From a virus (taxonomy: Duplodnaviria; Caudoviricetes): a stretch of 56,961 bases of DNA. Position 1 is the stretch's first letter, and every line of letters starts with the position of its first letter. The DNA lies in the IMG/VR virus record IMGVR_UViG_3300037991_005841, positions 1 through 56,961 of that record. One strand, written 5' to 3'. Below are positions 29,556 through 40,328 of the stretch, in pieces. Both the position numbers and the translations under genes were made by a program. Below the pieces are notes generated by a model. That model did not search any database and was not told the DNA's origin. It saw nothing but the letters and a program-made list of their open reading frames with translations.

Positions 29556-29568
29556 AATATAATAAATT

Positions 29569-31338
29569 ATGAGTTTACCACAAGTATCATACGGAACATA
29601 TAGTTATGGACAATACGCTAATCCAACACCTATACAATATAAAGGAGGATTAGGGCAGGTTGCTGCAGTTGCATATGCTGGTATTAGAAATATACAGAAG
29701 AAGCAGGAAGAAAAAATAAGAAAAGCTAATGAAGATTCTTATATTGTTAGCTCACAGTTTAATGCCAGAATGAATGAAATTTTTGGCAAAGCTGCTTCAT
29801 ATAATAGAAAATTCTTAACAGATTTAAAAGTTGAAGTTGGAAATAATTATAAAGATTATAAATTAGGTAAGAAATCATTTGATGAGTATAGAGAACAGCA
29901 AGATTATTACGATAAAATATTAAATGACGCGGCATTGTTAGCAAGCACAATGCAACCTGTTATAGAAGATGATAAAACTTTAAAATATGCAGATGTAAGA
30001 GGAAACCAAGATGACCAAGCTGCTAATACAATGCGTTTTGGTGTACAAAATGGTAAATATATATTAGATAGAAACGAAGACGGTTTACAAATTGTTGTTC
30101 CACATGGAACACCTACTAACTTTACACCTAAAGCAGTACAAGCGTCTGAGGTTATTAACAATCCAAGATATATAACACCTGAATTAGCTTACGAAAACGA
30201 AAACAATCCGTTTTTCTTAAGTCATGCAACTGTATTAGCTGACGCACTTATTGCTAATGAAAATGCTAATTCTTACGTAACTAGATCTGATAATGCTAAT
30301 ACAAAACTTTCAACATTCCAATTACAAGATAATCCTGAAATAAAAGATTTTCTTTTAAATCAGCCGTTAGCCTTAAATACTTCTGTATTTAGATCAGGTG
30401 AAGATAAAATGTTTGATGAAAATTTACAAAGAATTTATTATGAAGATGAAGTATTAGGTGATTTAGATGAAAAAGATAGAATAGGTGCATATAAAGGAAC
30501 GCCTGAGCAAATAGCTGAAATAAATAAAGCATTAGCTGAAGATTATTTTGAATTTTTGAAAAAAGCTCCAAGTATTAAATCATTTAGCTTTACACCTGGT
30601 GGTGACGATGATCCTTATACTAGAACGCAAAAACAAAGAATACGTGAAAATTTAGAAAACTTTAATATGTATAAAGATGATGCTGAAAGCTTGGCTAGAT
30701 ATATAGCAACAAATCCTAATGATTATGAAGCTATTATTGCTAAAGGAGCGGCTATAGGATTAGAAGTTGGTGTTGAACAACTTGGTGATAGTGAAAATTA
30801 TACATATAGTTTTAAAAATACAAATCCTTTTTCTAGAGGTTTTGCTAAATTTATGGGAGGAGGCAATTATAATGTAGCTAGCGGTATAGAGCAATTATGG
30901 AGAGCTATTGGTGCTGTAGAAGGTAATATAAATTATAATTCACTGCCTTTATCAGATGGTGAAACACTTAATAATTTATTGAGCGAAAATAGAAAAAGAG
31001 AGCAAGCTATAGTTAATATACAAGCTGAAAGAAAAAAAGAAAGCGATGCAACAAATGACCCTCTTTATAATTTAGGAGTAAGAGGTATAGCTAATTATGA
31101 TGGAGACCGATATTCTGTTTATGATACTGGCGATGAAGAAGCTGATTTAGATAGAATGATGGCTGATAATTACAAAAAATATTTTATACAACAAAGTTCA
31201 GGAAAATTAAAGTATTTCCCTGTAGTTGCAAGCCAAGAATCTTACGATGAAGATAGAAAATTAATGGAAAAATTAAGAAAAGATAAAATAGCCGCTTTAA
31301 AACAACTTAAAGTTAAATATCCCGGCGTAGAATTTTAA
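29569..31338 (+). CDS. Putative internal virion/ejection protein
   Basis: 589 aa; lies between ejection-like genes. Confidence 0.5.
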   Translation: MSLPQVSYGTYSYGQYANPTPIQYKGGLGQVAAVAYAGIRNIQKKQEEKIRKANEDSYIVSSQFNARMNEIFGKAASYNRKFLTDLKVEVGNNYKDYKLGKKSFDEYREQQDYYDKILNDAALLASTMQPVIEDDKTLKYADVRGNQDDQAANTMRFGVQNGKYILDRNEDGLQIVVPHGTPTNFTPKAVQASEVINNPRYITPELAYENENNPFFLSHATVLADALIANENANSYVTRSDNANTKLSTFQLQDNPEIKDFLLNQPLALNTSVFRSGEDKMFDENLQRIYYEDEVLGDLDEKDRIGAYKGTPEQIAEINKALAEDYFEFLKKAPSIKSFSFTPGGDDDPYTRTQKQRIRENLENFNMYKDDAESLARYIATNPNDYEAIIAKGAAIGLEVGVEQLGDSENYTYSFKNTNPFSRGFAKFMGGGNYNVASGIEQLWRAIGAVEGNINYNSLPLSDGETLNNLLSENRKREQAIVNIQAERKKESDATNDPLYNLGVRGIANYDGDRYSVYDTGDEEADLDRMMADNYKKYFIQQSSGKLKYFPVVASQESYDEDRKLMEKLRKDKIAALKQLKVKYPGVEF

Positions 31339-31341
31339 TAA

Positions 31342-34300
31342 ATGGAGGAACAATTACGACAGTATGCTGATCAGCTTATAAAACAAAATCCTTCTATCAC
31401 ACAGGAAGAGCTCGAGCAAAAGCTTAGAGAATTTAAACCTCTTGGTATGATTCCTGGGGCATCAACTGGATTTAATCCTTTAGACAGGGGAAGCATAACT
31501 CAATTTGGAGTAGATTTAATAAAACCTGGAGGAGGATTTGGAACTGCTGCTACAGGTTTGTTAGGTGACATGGCTGTAGAAGATCCTAAAGAATTTAAAA
31601 CATTTTTACAATCTTTTGCAAAGCCGGCACTTGCAGGTATAACTAATACATTTTTAGAAATAGGTAAAGGATTGCCAGCTGTTAAAAATGCGTTTCTTAC
31701 ACATGCTTCTATCGAAGCTATGGAGTTAATTGGTGATAAAGACCTTTCAGCAAAAGAAAAATTAGTTGTTAGGGATTATGTTAATAATATACAATCCGCT
31801 ATAAATAGTGTTTCAAATGTAGGTGGTATGGGTTTATATATACCAACTGTTGATGATATTGCAGCGAAACAAAAAAAGTTACAAAAACATATACCTATTT
31901 ATGATAAAACAATAACAGAATCTATTGGTGCTGCTACTTTAAGCGGAGAGGGTTGGGGTGAAATTGGTGGAAGAATAGCTTCTCAAACTATTTCTAGTTT
32001 ACCTTATACGCTTGCTTCATTTTGGGCGCCAACATTAATTTTAACAGGTGCTAGTGTAGCAGGTAATAAATGGGAAGAAGAATTTGCAAAAAATCCAGAT
32101 GAATCAGCAGGTAAATTATTAAGCAATGCAGCTATAACAGGAGCTGTTGAAATTTTAGACGGTTTAGCTACTAGATATATATTTAAAAATTCAGGTTTAT
32201 TAAAAGCAACAAGAGGCGAAAAAGCTGCAAAAGAAATGTATAGAGGATTTTGGAATAGAATGGGAAGAGTTGCAGGTGCAGAGGGCTTAACGGAAATGGG
32301 GCAAGCAACACTTAATAGATTTAATGATTCAGCATTTTTTGGTAAAGGCGGATTTTTTGATGAAGAAAGATGGATTAATGATGAAAGAGGTTTTAGTTGG
32401 AAAGCTTTTTATCAAACTTTAGATGAGGGTATTATAGGTGCTTTTTCAGGTGGTGGAATTACAATGGCAAGTCAAGCAATACAAGGTAATGCTGGAAGAA
32501 AAAACAGAGCTATTGCTTTATTAACGCCTAAATCTGTACAAAGAGAGCAAAGAAACGCTATGAATGAAGTTTTAGAATTGCATACTCAATTAAAACAAGA
32601 AACGGATCCTGCTGCAAGAAATTTAATACAAAAAGAAATAAACAAAGGTATTGCTAAAATAAACATGATAAATAGAAAAGCTAGAGTAGCTGTTGAAAAT
32701 TTATCAGAAGACCAAATAATACAATATGCTAAAAATATTGATCTTATAAATAAGATTGATAGAATGAAAGACCCATCGGCTATATTTAAAAAGCAAAAAC
32801 AAGATGCTATTGAAGAAAATGAATTTGTATATAAGCAAGTATTAGAAGAAAAATTATCAAATGATTTAAATTTTGCCAAAGAAGTACAAGAGCAAACAGG
32901 CTTAGAAACTACTGTTGTTAACAGTGAAAAAGCTTTACAAAAAGCAATAGCAAATGAAACAGGAAGAGTTATTGAAGCAGATGGTGTAGCGGGTGTATTT
33001 ATAGGACAAGGTAGAATATATATAAATAAAGACGTTGCGTTAAAACAAGGTAATGTTACTGTAGGTAGTCATGAAATATTGCACCCTATATTAAACGCTA
33101 TGGTTGGTAATATTAAATCACAAGAAAGCGTAGTAAAAGGATTTAAAAATATTATAGGAACAAGTAAAAATTCACTAGTTGAAAATTTATTAAAAAGAAG
33201 AGGTATAACATTAGAAAAAAATCCTCAAAAATATTACGGCGAATATATAACTGCTTTTTCTGATTTAATGAATAATAATCAAATAAGTTTTGAACAACAA
33301 TCATATTGGGAAAGACTAGTTAACTTTTTAGATAGTATATTTAGACCAAAAGGCTTTGAAAACATATCGTTTCAAGATGGTAGAGGTGTTTATAACTTTT
33401 TAAAAGAATATTCAAAAAGTGTAAAAGAAGGAAAGCTTAGCGATAAGATAATGTCTAAAATAGATGTTGAAAGAGTTAAAAATATTGGCAATGTTTCAAG
33501 TGAATTTCAAAATTCAAAAGAAGCTAACGAAGTTAACGAATTATATGAGCAAAGCGGAAGAGAAGCTGCTTTTACTATATCTGAAAAATATAGAGGTATG
33601 GCTCAAAAAATTGCATCTAAATATAGAGATGTACCCGGTTATATTACAATGCAGGATATTTTAGTTGATGAAATATTAACTGGGCCAAGAGGTGTAATTG
33701 ATTTAGTTAATTCTTACAATCCACAATCAGGAGTTCCTTTAGCAGCATATATAAATAAATTTTTACCTTCAAGATCTATAGAAGCGGCTAATAGTATTTT
33801 AGATACAAAATTTAAATCTGATGTTACTGAAGTTAGAGGAATAACTGAAAAAGCTGAACAAGAAGCTGCGGTTGAAGAACAAAGAACAAGTTTAAGAAAT
33901 AGTTTAGGCTTAACTGATGCGGTAGTTACTAAAGTTAAAAACTCTGTTATAAAAACATTTGGTACAAAACTTCCAAATGTAACAACCCCACAATTTTTTA
34001 AATCATTGCAACAAAGTTATAGAACTGAATTAAAACCAACTATAGCTAAAATGATGGGCAGACAAGAAGGTTATAGAGAATTTTTAGAAAATAACTTTCA
34101 GCTTATATACGATGTAATTCCTCAAGGTACATTTAATAAAAGATTTAAAGACTTTGTACAGCCCGTTGTTGATGAAACAGGTAAACAATTAAGAGAAAAA
34201 ACAGCAGAGGGTAAAGGTATATTTAAGAAAAAGAAAATATCGAAACAACAATTTGTAGATTATTTTTTAGGTGATAATGTTGGTGCATCAACAAAAGGCA

Positions 34301-37300
34301 CAAGAAAAACAGCTTTAGCTGAGGCATTAGCACAAGAAATTGCTTTTGATGCAACTATGGATGTTATTAAAACGCCTGAGGTTGTTGAAAAAATAAATTT
34401 TGTAAATGGATTTACTGAAAATTTTGCAATGGAAGTTGCAAAACAAATTGATAGAGGTGTAGATTTTCAATTTATGAAAGAATCAATGGCGATGGAGCAA
34501 GCTATTGTTCAATCAAGATCTATTTTAGATGGAAATAAATTAGAAAATTTTGAAGATTATAAAGCGGTTGTTGATAAAATATTAGAATTTGGAAATATAA
34601 AAATAAAAGGATTTGGAGGTACTATATTTGAATATTATGTACAACAAAAAGGAAATTCTTTAAATATACCAGGTGTTACTTTTGAAGGTGAAGCTTTAAT
34701 GGGTAATACAGGTGTTGACATGATTATGACCATAACAGATAAAAATGGTACAAAAACAGCAATACCTATAGAATTAAAAGCAGATGGTACAGCACAAATG
34801 GGATCTGGAAGTTTTAAAATAACTGAAGACGGAAAAGTTTCTACTACTAAAGATGGTAAAGCATTAAATGAATATGTATCTGATGTAAAAGCTATGATGC
34901 CTATTTATAGAGAAATGCACGCACTTGCAGAAGAAATTCAAAATGAAAAAATACCATTTGGGTTTCCTCAAACGGGTTATTTAACAGAAACTTATAATAC
35001 TGTAATGAAAGCATTCGATACTAGATTAAGAAATATCGATTTAAAAAATTCTACAGTTGAAAAAATTATAAGTCATTATAATAAAAAAGGTGTATACTAC
35101 ATGTACTTAGGAGATAAAGGTCTTGTATATTTAGGTAGCAATCCAAATAAATTAAATGTAAAACCTTTAGCAGCGGATACTAAAGTTTATATTTCACCAA
35201 GCAATAGTAATGGAAGTACCGATACTAATGCAAATGTAACCATAAGAGGGCGACTAAATATTAACCCTAAAACACAAGAACAAAGTGTTACTTTAGAAAG
35301 TGGTAAATTTGCTGATATATATGAATATAGTAAAGAAACAGGCGATTTAAGCAGTGAATTTAATGCAATACTTGAACAAAAAACAGGTATACTATCTGAT
35401 AAAATATATACTCCTGTAACCGCTAGAAATGAAAAATCTAAAAAAAGATTTAATTATTTTATACCTCATTCGGCTGAAGACTTTGTGGGTATGTTATATA
35501 CAACATTACCAAAAGGCAAAGAAGGTGATAAAGCACTAGCATGGTATAAAAGTAATTTGTTAAATCCATATTCAATTGCGATGGAAAATATAAATCGTGA
35601 TAGAATGCAGTTAATGAATGATTTTAAAGCATTAAAAAAGAAATTAAAAAACGTACCTAAACAATTAACTAAAAAAGTTGGTAATACTAATTATACAAAT
35701 GAAACTGCTTTAAGAGTATGGATGTGGAATCAACAAGGTATGGAAATACCAGGTTTAGATAATGCTACTAAACAAACATTATTAGATCAAGTAAATAATA
35801 ATAAAGATTTTGTTGATTTTGGAAATCAATTAATTCAAATAAATAAAGCAGAAGGATACGTAAAGCCTGATAATAATTGGGATGTTGGAACTATTCAAAC
35901 AGATTTATTATCAAATTTAAATGATGCTAAAAGAAAAAAACATTTAGAACAATGGAAAAACAACGTTGATCAAATTTTTTCTGCTGAAAATAAACTTAAA
36001 TTAGAAGCTGCTTTTGGTAAAGGCTATGTAAAAAATTTAAATAACATACTTAAACGTATGGAAAGCGGCCGAAACAGAACAGGAGGAGGCGATACTCAAA
36101 TTGATAACTGGTTAGATTGGCTTAATAATTCTGTAGGTGCTATTATGTTTATAAACGTAAGATCAGCTGTGCTGCAGACTATATCGTCTGTTAACTATAT
36201 GAATTGGCACGATAATAATCCATTGAAAGCTGCTAAAGCATTTGCAAATCAAAAACAATATTGGAAAGATTTTTCAATGATAATGAATTCTGATTTTTTA
36301 GTTGAAAGAAGAGGAGGCACTAAATTAAATGTACAAGAAAATGAAATTGCTGAAATGGCAAATAAAGGTGGTGTTAAAGGTGCTATTAGTTATTTATTAA
36401 ATAAAGGTTTTGTTTTAACAAGAGCTGCAGATAGTTTTGCTATTGCATCAGGTGGAGCATCTATGTATAGAAACAGAGTTAATTCTTACATAAAGCAGGG
36501 TATGGATCAAAAGCAAGCTGAGCAACAAGCATTTAGAGATTTTAGAGAATTAACTGAAGAAGCACAGCAATCATCAAGACCAGATAGAATATCAGCTGAA
36601 CAAGCAGGAGGGTTTGGTAGATTTATGTTAGCATTTGCTAATACACCTATGCAGTATACTAGATTAATGAAAAGAGCTGCTCAAGATATTGTAAATGGAA
36701 GAGGCGATCAAAAAACTAATTGGTCAAAATTTGTGTACTATGGCGCTATTCAAAATTTCATTTTTAACGCAATGCAAAAAGCTTTATTTGCTTTAGGATT
36801 TGAAGATGAAAAAGATGAAAATCAAAGTGCAAAAGTTGAAAAGGTAGCTGAGGGTATGTTAGATTCTATACTTAGAGGAACTGGTTTATATGGAAATGCT
36901 GTTGTTGCAGGTAAAAACTTTACTTTAGATTTAGCAAAAAGAGTTAAAGCAGGCAAAGCATTAGAGCCGTCTGTATGGAAATTATTTGATGTAGCTCCTC
37001 CATTAGATTCTAAGATAACAAAAATGAGATCAGCATTAAACACATTAGATTGGTCTGGTGATGAAATTAAAGAAGCAGGACTTACTTTAGAAAATCCTGC
37101 AGCAATGGCTTCGGCTCAAATTATATCAGCAACAACAAACGTGCCGTTAGATAGAGTATTAAGAATATATGATAATACAAGAGCGGCAGTAGCATCAGAT
37201 ACAGAAGCATGGCAAAGAGTTGCATTAATATTAGGTTGGTCTAGCTGGGAGTTAGGAATGAAAAAAGAAGAAGACGAAAAGCTTACAACTAAAGGTATTA

Positions 37301-37344
37301 AGCAATCAAAACTAAATAAAAAAATAAAAAAGAAAAAATTATAA
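31342..37344 (+). CDS. Large polyvalent internal virion protein (zincin, sigma-region-2-like and PD-(D/E)xK-like segments)
   Basis: 2000 aa; SHEILH, YNPQSGVPLAAYI, GVDMIM..IELK motifs. Confidence 0.65.
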   Translation: MEEQLRQYADQLIKQNPSITQEELEQKLREFKPLGMIPGASTGFNPLDRGSITQFGVDLIKPGGGFGTAATGLLGDMAVEDPKEFKTFLQSFAKPALAGITNTFLEIGKGLPAVKNAFLTHASIEAMELIGDKDLSAKEKLVVRDYVNNIQSAINSVSNVGGMGLYIPTVDDIAAKQKKLQKHIPIYDKTITESIGAATLSGEGWGEIGGRIASQTISSLPYTLASFWAPTLILTGASVAGNKWEEEFAKNPDESAGKLLSNAAITGAVEILDGLATRYIFKNSGLLKATRGEKAAKEMYRGFWNRMGRVAGAEGLTEMGQATLNRFNDSAFFGKGGFFDEERWINDERGFSWKAFYQTLDEGIIGAFSGGGITMASQAIQGNAGRKNRAIALLTPKSVQREQRNAMNEVLELHTQLKQETDPAARNLIQKEINKGIAKINMINRKARVAVENLSEDQIIQYAKNIDLINKIDRMKDPSAIFKKQKQDAIEENEFVYKQVLEEKLSNDLNFAKEVQEQTGLETTVVNSEKALQKAIANETGRVIEADGVAGVFIGQGRIYINKDVALKQGNVTVGSHEILHPILNAMVGNIKSQESVVKGFKNIIGTSKNSLVENLLKRRGITLEKNPQKYYGEYITAFSDLMNNNQISFEQQSYWERLVNFLDSIFRPKGFENISFQDGRGVYNFLKEYSKSVKEGKLSDKIMSKIDVERVKNIGNVSSEFQNSKEANEVNELYEQSGREAAFTISEKYRGMAQKIASKYRDVPGYITMQDILVDEILTGPRGVIDLVNSYNPQSGVPLAAYINKFLPSRSIEAANSILDTKFKSDVTEVRGITEKAEQEAAVEEQRTSLRNSLGLTDAVVTKVKNSVIKTFGTKLPNVTTPQFFKSLQQSYRTELKPTIAKMMGRQEGYREFLENNFQLIYDVIPQGTFNKRFKDFVQPVVDETGKQLREKTAEGKGIFKKKKISKQQFVDYFLGDNVGASTKGTRKTALAEALAQEIAFDATMDVIKTPEVVEKINFVNGFTENFAMEVAKQIDRGVDFQFMKESMAMEQAIVQSRSILDGNKLENFEDYKAVVDKILEFGNIKIKGFGGTIFEYYVQQKGNSLNIPGVTFEGEALMGNTGVDMIMTITDKNGTKTAIPIELKADGTAQMGSGSFKITEDGKVSTTKDGKALNEYVSDVKAMMPIYREMHALAEEIQNEKIPFGFPQTGYLTETYNTVMKAFDTRLRNIDLKNSTVEKIISHYNKKGVYYMYLGDKGLVYLGSNPNKLNVKPLAADTKVYISPSNSNGSTDTNANVTIRGRLNINPKTQEQSVTLESGKFADIYEYSKETGDLSSEFNAILEQKTGILSDKIYTPVTARNEKSKKRFNYFIPHSAEDFVGMLYTTLPKGKEGDKALAWYKSNLLNPYSIAMENINRDRMQLMNDFKALKKKLKNVPKQLTKKVGNTNYTNETALRVWMWNQQGMEIPGLDNATKQTLLDQVNNNKDFVDFGNQLIQINKAEGYVKPDNNWDVGTIQTDLLSNLNDAKRKKHLEQWKNNVDQIFSAENKLKLEAAFGKGYVKNLNNILKRMESGRNRTGGGDTQIDNWLDWLNNSVGAIMFINVRSAVLQTISSVNYMNWHDNNPLKAAKAFANQKQYWKDFSMIMNSDFLVERRGGTKLNVQENEIAEMANKGGVKGAISYLLNKGFVLTRAADSFAIASGGASMYRNRVNSYIKQGMDQKQAEQQAFRDFRELTEEAQQSSRPDRISAEQAGGFGRFMLAFANTPMQYTRLMKRAAQDIVNGRGDQKTNWSKFVYYGAIQNFIFNAMQKALFALGFEDEKDENQSAKVEKVAEGMLDSILRGTGLYGNAVVAGKNFTLDLAKRVKAGKALEPSVWKLFDVAPPLDSKITKMRSALNTLDWSGDEIKEAGLTLENPAAMASAQIISATTNVPLDRVLRIYDNTRAAVASDTEAWQRVALILGWSSWELGMKKEEDEKLTTKGIKQSKLNKKIKKKKL

Positions 37345-37347
37345 GTT

Positions 37348-37482
37348 ATGGCAAAAGACGCATGTTATCACAAAGTAAAAGCAAGATATAAAGTATTCCC
37401 GTCAGCATATGCTTCAGGTGCATTATCAAAATGCAGAAAAGTTGGTGCTGCTAATTGGGGTAATAAATCAAAGAAAAAATAA
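37348..37482 (+). CDS. Small basic protein (not in ORF track)
   Basis: MAKDACYHKVKARYKVFPSAYASGALSKCRKVGAANWGNKSKKK; the PSAYA motif is common in marine phages. Confidence 0.75.
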   Translation: MAKDACYHKVKARYKVFPSAYASGALSKCRKVGAANWGNKSKKK

Positions 37483-37598
37483 TGAAAAATAAAAAATTAA
37501 AATCTCGCCCGGCGGTTCCACCTAGAAGAGCAAAATTAAAACATAAAAAAGTTACAGTAAAAAAAAGACCTGCAAAATATGGAAGAAAAAAAGTATAA
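37482..37598 (+). CDS. Very basic 38-aa peptide (not in ORF track)
   Basis: MKNKKLKSRPAVPPRRAKLKHKKVTVKKRPAKYGRKKV; TAATG coupling. Confidence 0.45.
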   Translation: MKNKKLKSRPAVPPRRAKLKHKKVTVKKRPAKYGRKKV

Positions 37599-37722
37599 AC
37601 CTCATATGATGTATTGTAAAGATGGCTCATCATCTAAAGCAATGACATACAAAGAACATTTAGCATTAAAGAAAAAAGGCTGCGGCCATAAACCATTTAA
37701 AAATGGCGGTAAGAAAAACTAA
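37579..37722 (+). CDS. Small basic protein (not in ORF track)
   Basis: MEEKKYKPHMMYCKDG..AMTYKEHLALKKKGCGHK. Confidence 0.6.
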   Translation: MEEKKYKPHMMYCKDGSSSKAMTYKEHLALKKKGCGHKPFKNGGKKN

Positions 37723-37978
37723 AGAAGGCTTAGCATTAAAACGTTGGTTCAAAGAAAAATGGGTTGATGTTAGAACAGGCAAACCATGCGGAAGACGTAA
37801 AGGTGAAAAGAGAGGTACGCCGTATTGTAGACCAAGTAAAAGAATATCCAGCAAAACCCCAAAAACTTCAGGTGAAATGTCATCTTCTGAAAAAGCAAAA
37901 AAGATCAGAGAAAAGAAATCATTAGGACAACCAGCCGGTAAACCAAGAAGAGTCAAATCACTTAAAAGAAGAAAATGA
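37703..37978 (+). CDS. Basic Cys-containing phage protein
   Basis: LKRWFKEKWVDV.TGKPCGR..PYCRP..RISSKTPKT. Confidence 0.75.
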   Translation: MAVRKTKEGLALKRWFKEKWVDVRTGKPCGRRKGEKRGTPYCRPSKRISSKTPKTSGEMSSSEKAKKIREKKSLGQPAGKPRRVKSLKRRK

Positions 37979-38145
37979 AAGGTTTAGATATAGAAACGTT
38001 AAAAATTTATACAATGAATACAAGCGCTATGGCAATTAGCTTTACTCAAATTGAAATGGCACTTAAATTAATTTTATTACTGTTAACTATAGGTTATACA
38101 GCAAGTAAATGGTATGAATTACATAAAAAAAATAATAAGTCTTAG
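37975..38145 (+). CDS. Small membrane protein, holin-like (not in ORF track)
   Basis: 56 aa; ..IEMALKLILLLLTIGYTASKW..; ATGA overlap. Confidence 0.6.
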   Translation: MKGLDIETLKIYTMNTSAMAISFTQIEMALKLILLLLTIGYTASKWYELHKKNNKS

Positions 38146-38584
38146 TTTACTTACAACATTCTGTGCTACAGCACAAGATATAAAAATTGAAGACGTACAA
38201 AATAATATCATAACTATGCAGCCGTATAATGCGAGAAGCTTGAGTTTTGGTATTAAAAATATTTTAGAAGAACTTGTACAAGATGAAGGTTATTATCTTA
38301 ACGATAAGAGTACCAATAAGTTAGAGGTTGAACTTGTGTATTTTGGCGGTAAAAGAACATCGACAAATATAGGAGTGTATAGCAAAAAAACGAATTCAAT
38401 TGAAATAATAGCAAAGTGCAAATGCAACGGTAAAATCATAACAGCCAAAGGAACGGGCAAAGATGTTTCAACCGCAACAATATTATTAAACGAACAAGGT
38501 GAATTTTCGCAGACCAGCCTTAGTTCAGCAATTAAGAAAATGTGCGAACAAATAATCAAAAAATGTAAATATGCAAAAAATTAA
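38114..38584 (+). CDS. Secreted protein, possibly CsgG/LptE-like alpha-beta fold
   Basis: Signal peptide ending ATA-Q; FGIKNILEELV..LSSAIKK. Confidence 0.5.
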   Translation: MNYIKKIISLSLLTTFCATAQDIKIEDVQNNIITMQPYNARSLSFGIKNILEELVQDEGYYLNDKSTNKLEVELVYFGGKRTSTNIGVYSKKTNSIEIIAKCKCNGKIITAKGTGKDVSTATILLNEQGEFSQTSLSSAIKKMCEQIIKKCKYAKN

Positions 38585-40328
38585 AGAACTATTTATTAAA
38601 TTTGATAAATGGTTAACTAAATTAGGATATAAAATGTATCCTGAGTTGACTAAACATATGAAAGTAATATTTCTTTTGTTTTTACCTACAATGCTTATAG
38701 CTCAAACATCTAGCGACGGTGCAGATATAAGTATTGAATATTTAGGCACAACATTAGATTCAAGCAAACCACTAAGTAAAGTACAAGTAAATGATACTAT
38801 TGTATTAGGTTTAGATATTAATAATCTAGATAGTGCACATGATGTAACATATGCACATATAGATTTAATGTATCATACCTCTGCTTTTGCTAGAGTAGGT
38901 ACTCCAACATGGAAAACACCTAGTAATGCACAAAATAGTTTGTTTTCATGGACTAATGTAGGTTTTACACCTAGTAGTAATTATGATGTTAATGATATGT
39001 GGGCACAATGGAATCATGGTACATATGCTACATCAAGCGGGTGGAATGTAGATCATTGGCAATCAATATCAACTACACCATTTGGTGACGACACATACGG
39101 ACATTTTGTTGAATTGAAATTTAAAGTAAAAGATGCAGGTTCAGCGCATGATTATACTAAAAACATATATGCAACAATGGCAAGAGTTGCAGATAATACT
39201 GGTAATTCAGAATATGTATATCCTTTTGGTGAAGTACGTGCACATCCTACACAGCATATATCGCATACACCATTAGAAGATTTAGACAGTAATTTATATA
39301 TAAGCGTAGATACAAACGATAATGTTGATCCTACGAAATTAAAAGTTATTATAAAAGAAGACGGTACAGTTGTTGCAAGCTTACCATTGGATGGTAGCGG
39401 TGATGTAACTGTAACTGATTATATAATATCATCAACCAAAACATATACTATGGAGCTTGCGTATAACGGAAGCGGTGATGATAATTATAAAACAGATTGG
39501 TTAGATAATGCGTTTACAATATCTGACGTTGCATATTTATTAACAGAAACAGAAGGTGGAGTTGGTCACGGTAATGCTGGTGCAGTAATCAGTAATGGTA
39601 TATCTGCATACAATGGTGACTTAGCAGATCCTAAGCATGAACTAACACCGCAGGATGCTTATAAGATGTTAACACATGTTTTAGGTACTGATATATTTTC
39701 TGATAGTTATTATAGTAAAAGTTTTTATGCTGTAAAAGCTGATGATTATGACGGATTTACAATGTCGAAATTTGTAAACAAAGACACTTTAGATGTTAAA
39801 CTAGTTGACACACTTACACCTAACTGGTCACAAACACAAAATAAATGGGAATATAAAACTGGTATACTTGGTGATGTAAATCTTAATTATAGTTCTGCGC
39901 AAGCACAACAGCAAGAGCAAGCAACTATAACAAGACAAACAAGTAGCGAAGTTAAAAAAGCTAATTCAAAATCAGATGTTACTTTTGAAAGTAAAATTGA
40001 AGACGATAAATTAGTTGTTGAAATAAAAACAAATGATGAAAATCTTTCAGCTGCACAATTTAAAGTTAAGTATGATGATACAAGAATAACATTTAATGAA
40101 ATAATATATGATACTGGAAACCTTACAACAAACTTTGCGTTTGCTGAAAATGGTTTAATTAACTTAGGTTCAATAAATCAACAAGGTAAAGGTATTAAAA
40201 CAGAAAGTACATATAAAATTGTATTTGATAAACCTGCAAGTATTACAAGCCCTGTAGGTTTAGTGTCGATAAGAAATTACGATGCAGCAAATCTTAGTGG
40301 TGAATTAGTAATCTTAGAATTTAAATAA
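38571..40328 (+). CDS. Secreted multi-domain protein with cohesin-like and dockerin-like segments
   Basis: Signal-like MKVIFLLFLPTMLIAQ (internal ATG 38658 may be the start); LSAAQFKVKYD cohesin-like; GDL....LTPQDAY and GDVNL. Confidence 0.55.
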   Translation: MQKIKELFIKFDKWLTKLGYKMYPELTKHMKVIFLLFLPTMLIAQTSSDGADISIEYLGTTLDSSKPLSKVQVNDTIVLGLDINNLDSAHDVTYAHIDLMYHTSAFARVGTPTWKTPSNAQNSLFSWTNVGFTPSSNYDVNDMWAQWNHGTYATSSGWNVDHWQSISTTPFGDDTYGHFVELKFKVKDAGSAHDYTKNIYATMARVADNTGNSEYVYPFGEVRAHPTQHISHTPLEDLDSNLYISVDTNDNVDPTKLKVIIKEDGTVVASLPLDGSGDVTVTDYIISSTKTYTMELAYNGSGDDNYKTDWLDNAFTISDVAYLLTETEGGVGHGNAGAVISNGISAYNGDLADPKHELTPQDAYKMLTHVLGTDIFSDSYYSKSFYAVKADDYDGFTMSKFVNKDTLDVKLVDTLTPNWSQTQNKWEYKTGILGDVNLNYSSAQAQQQEQATITRQTSSEVKKANSKSDVTFESKIEDDKLVVEIKTNDENLSAAQFKVKYDDTRITFNEIIYDTGNLTTNFAFAENGLINLGSINQQGKGIKTESTYKIVFDKPASITSPVGLVSIRNYDAANLSGELVILEFK

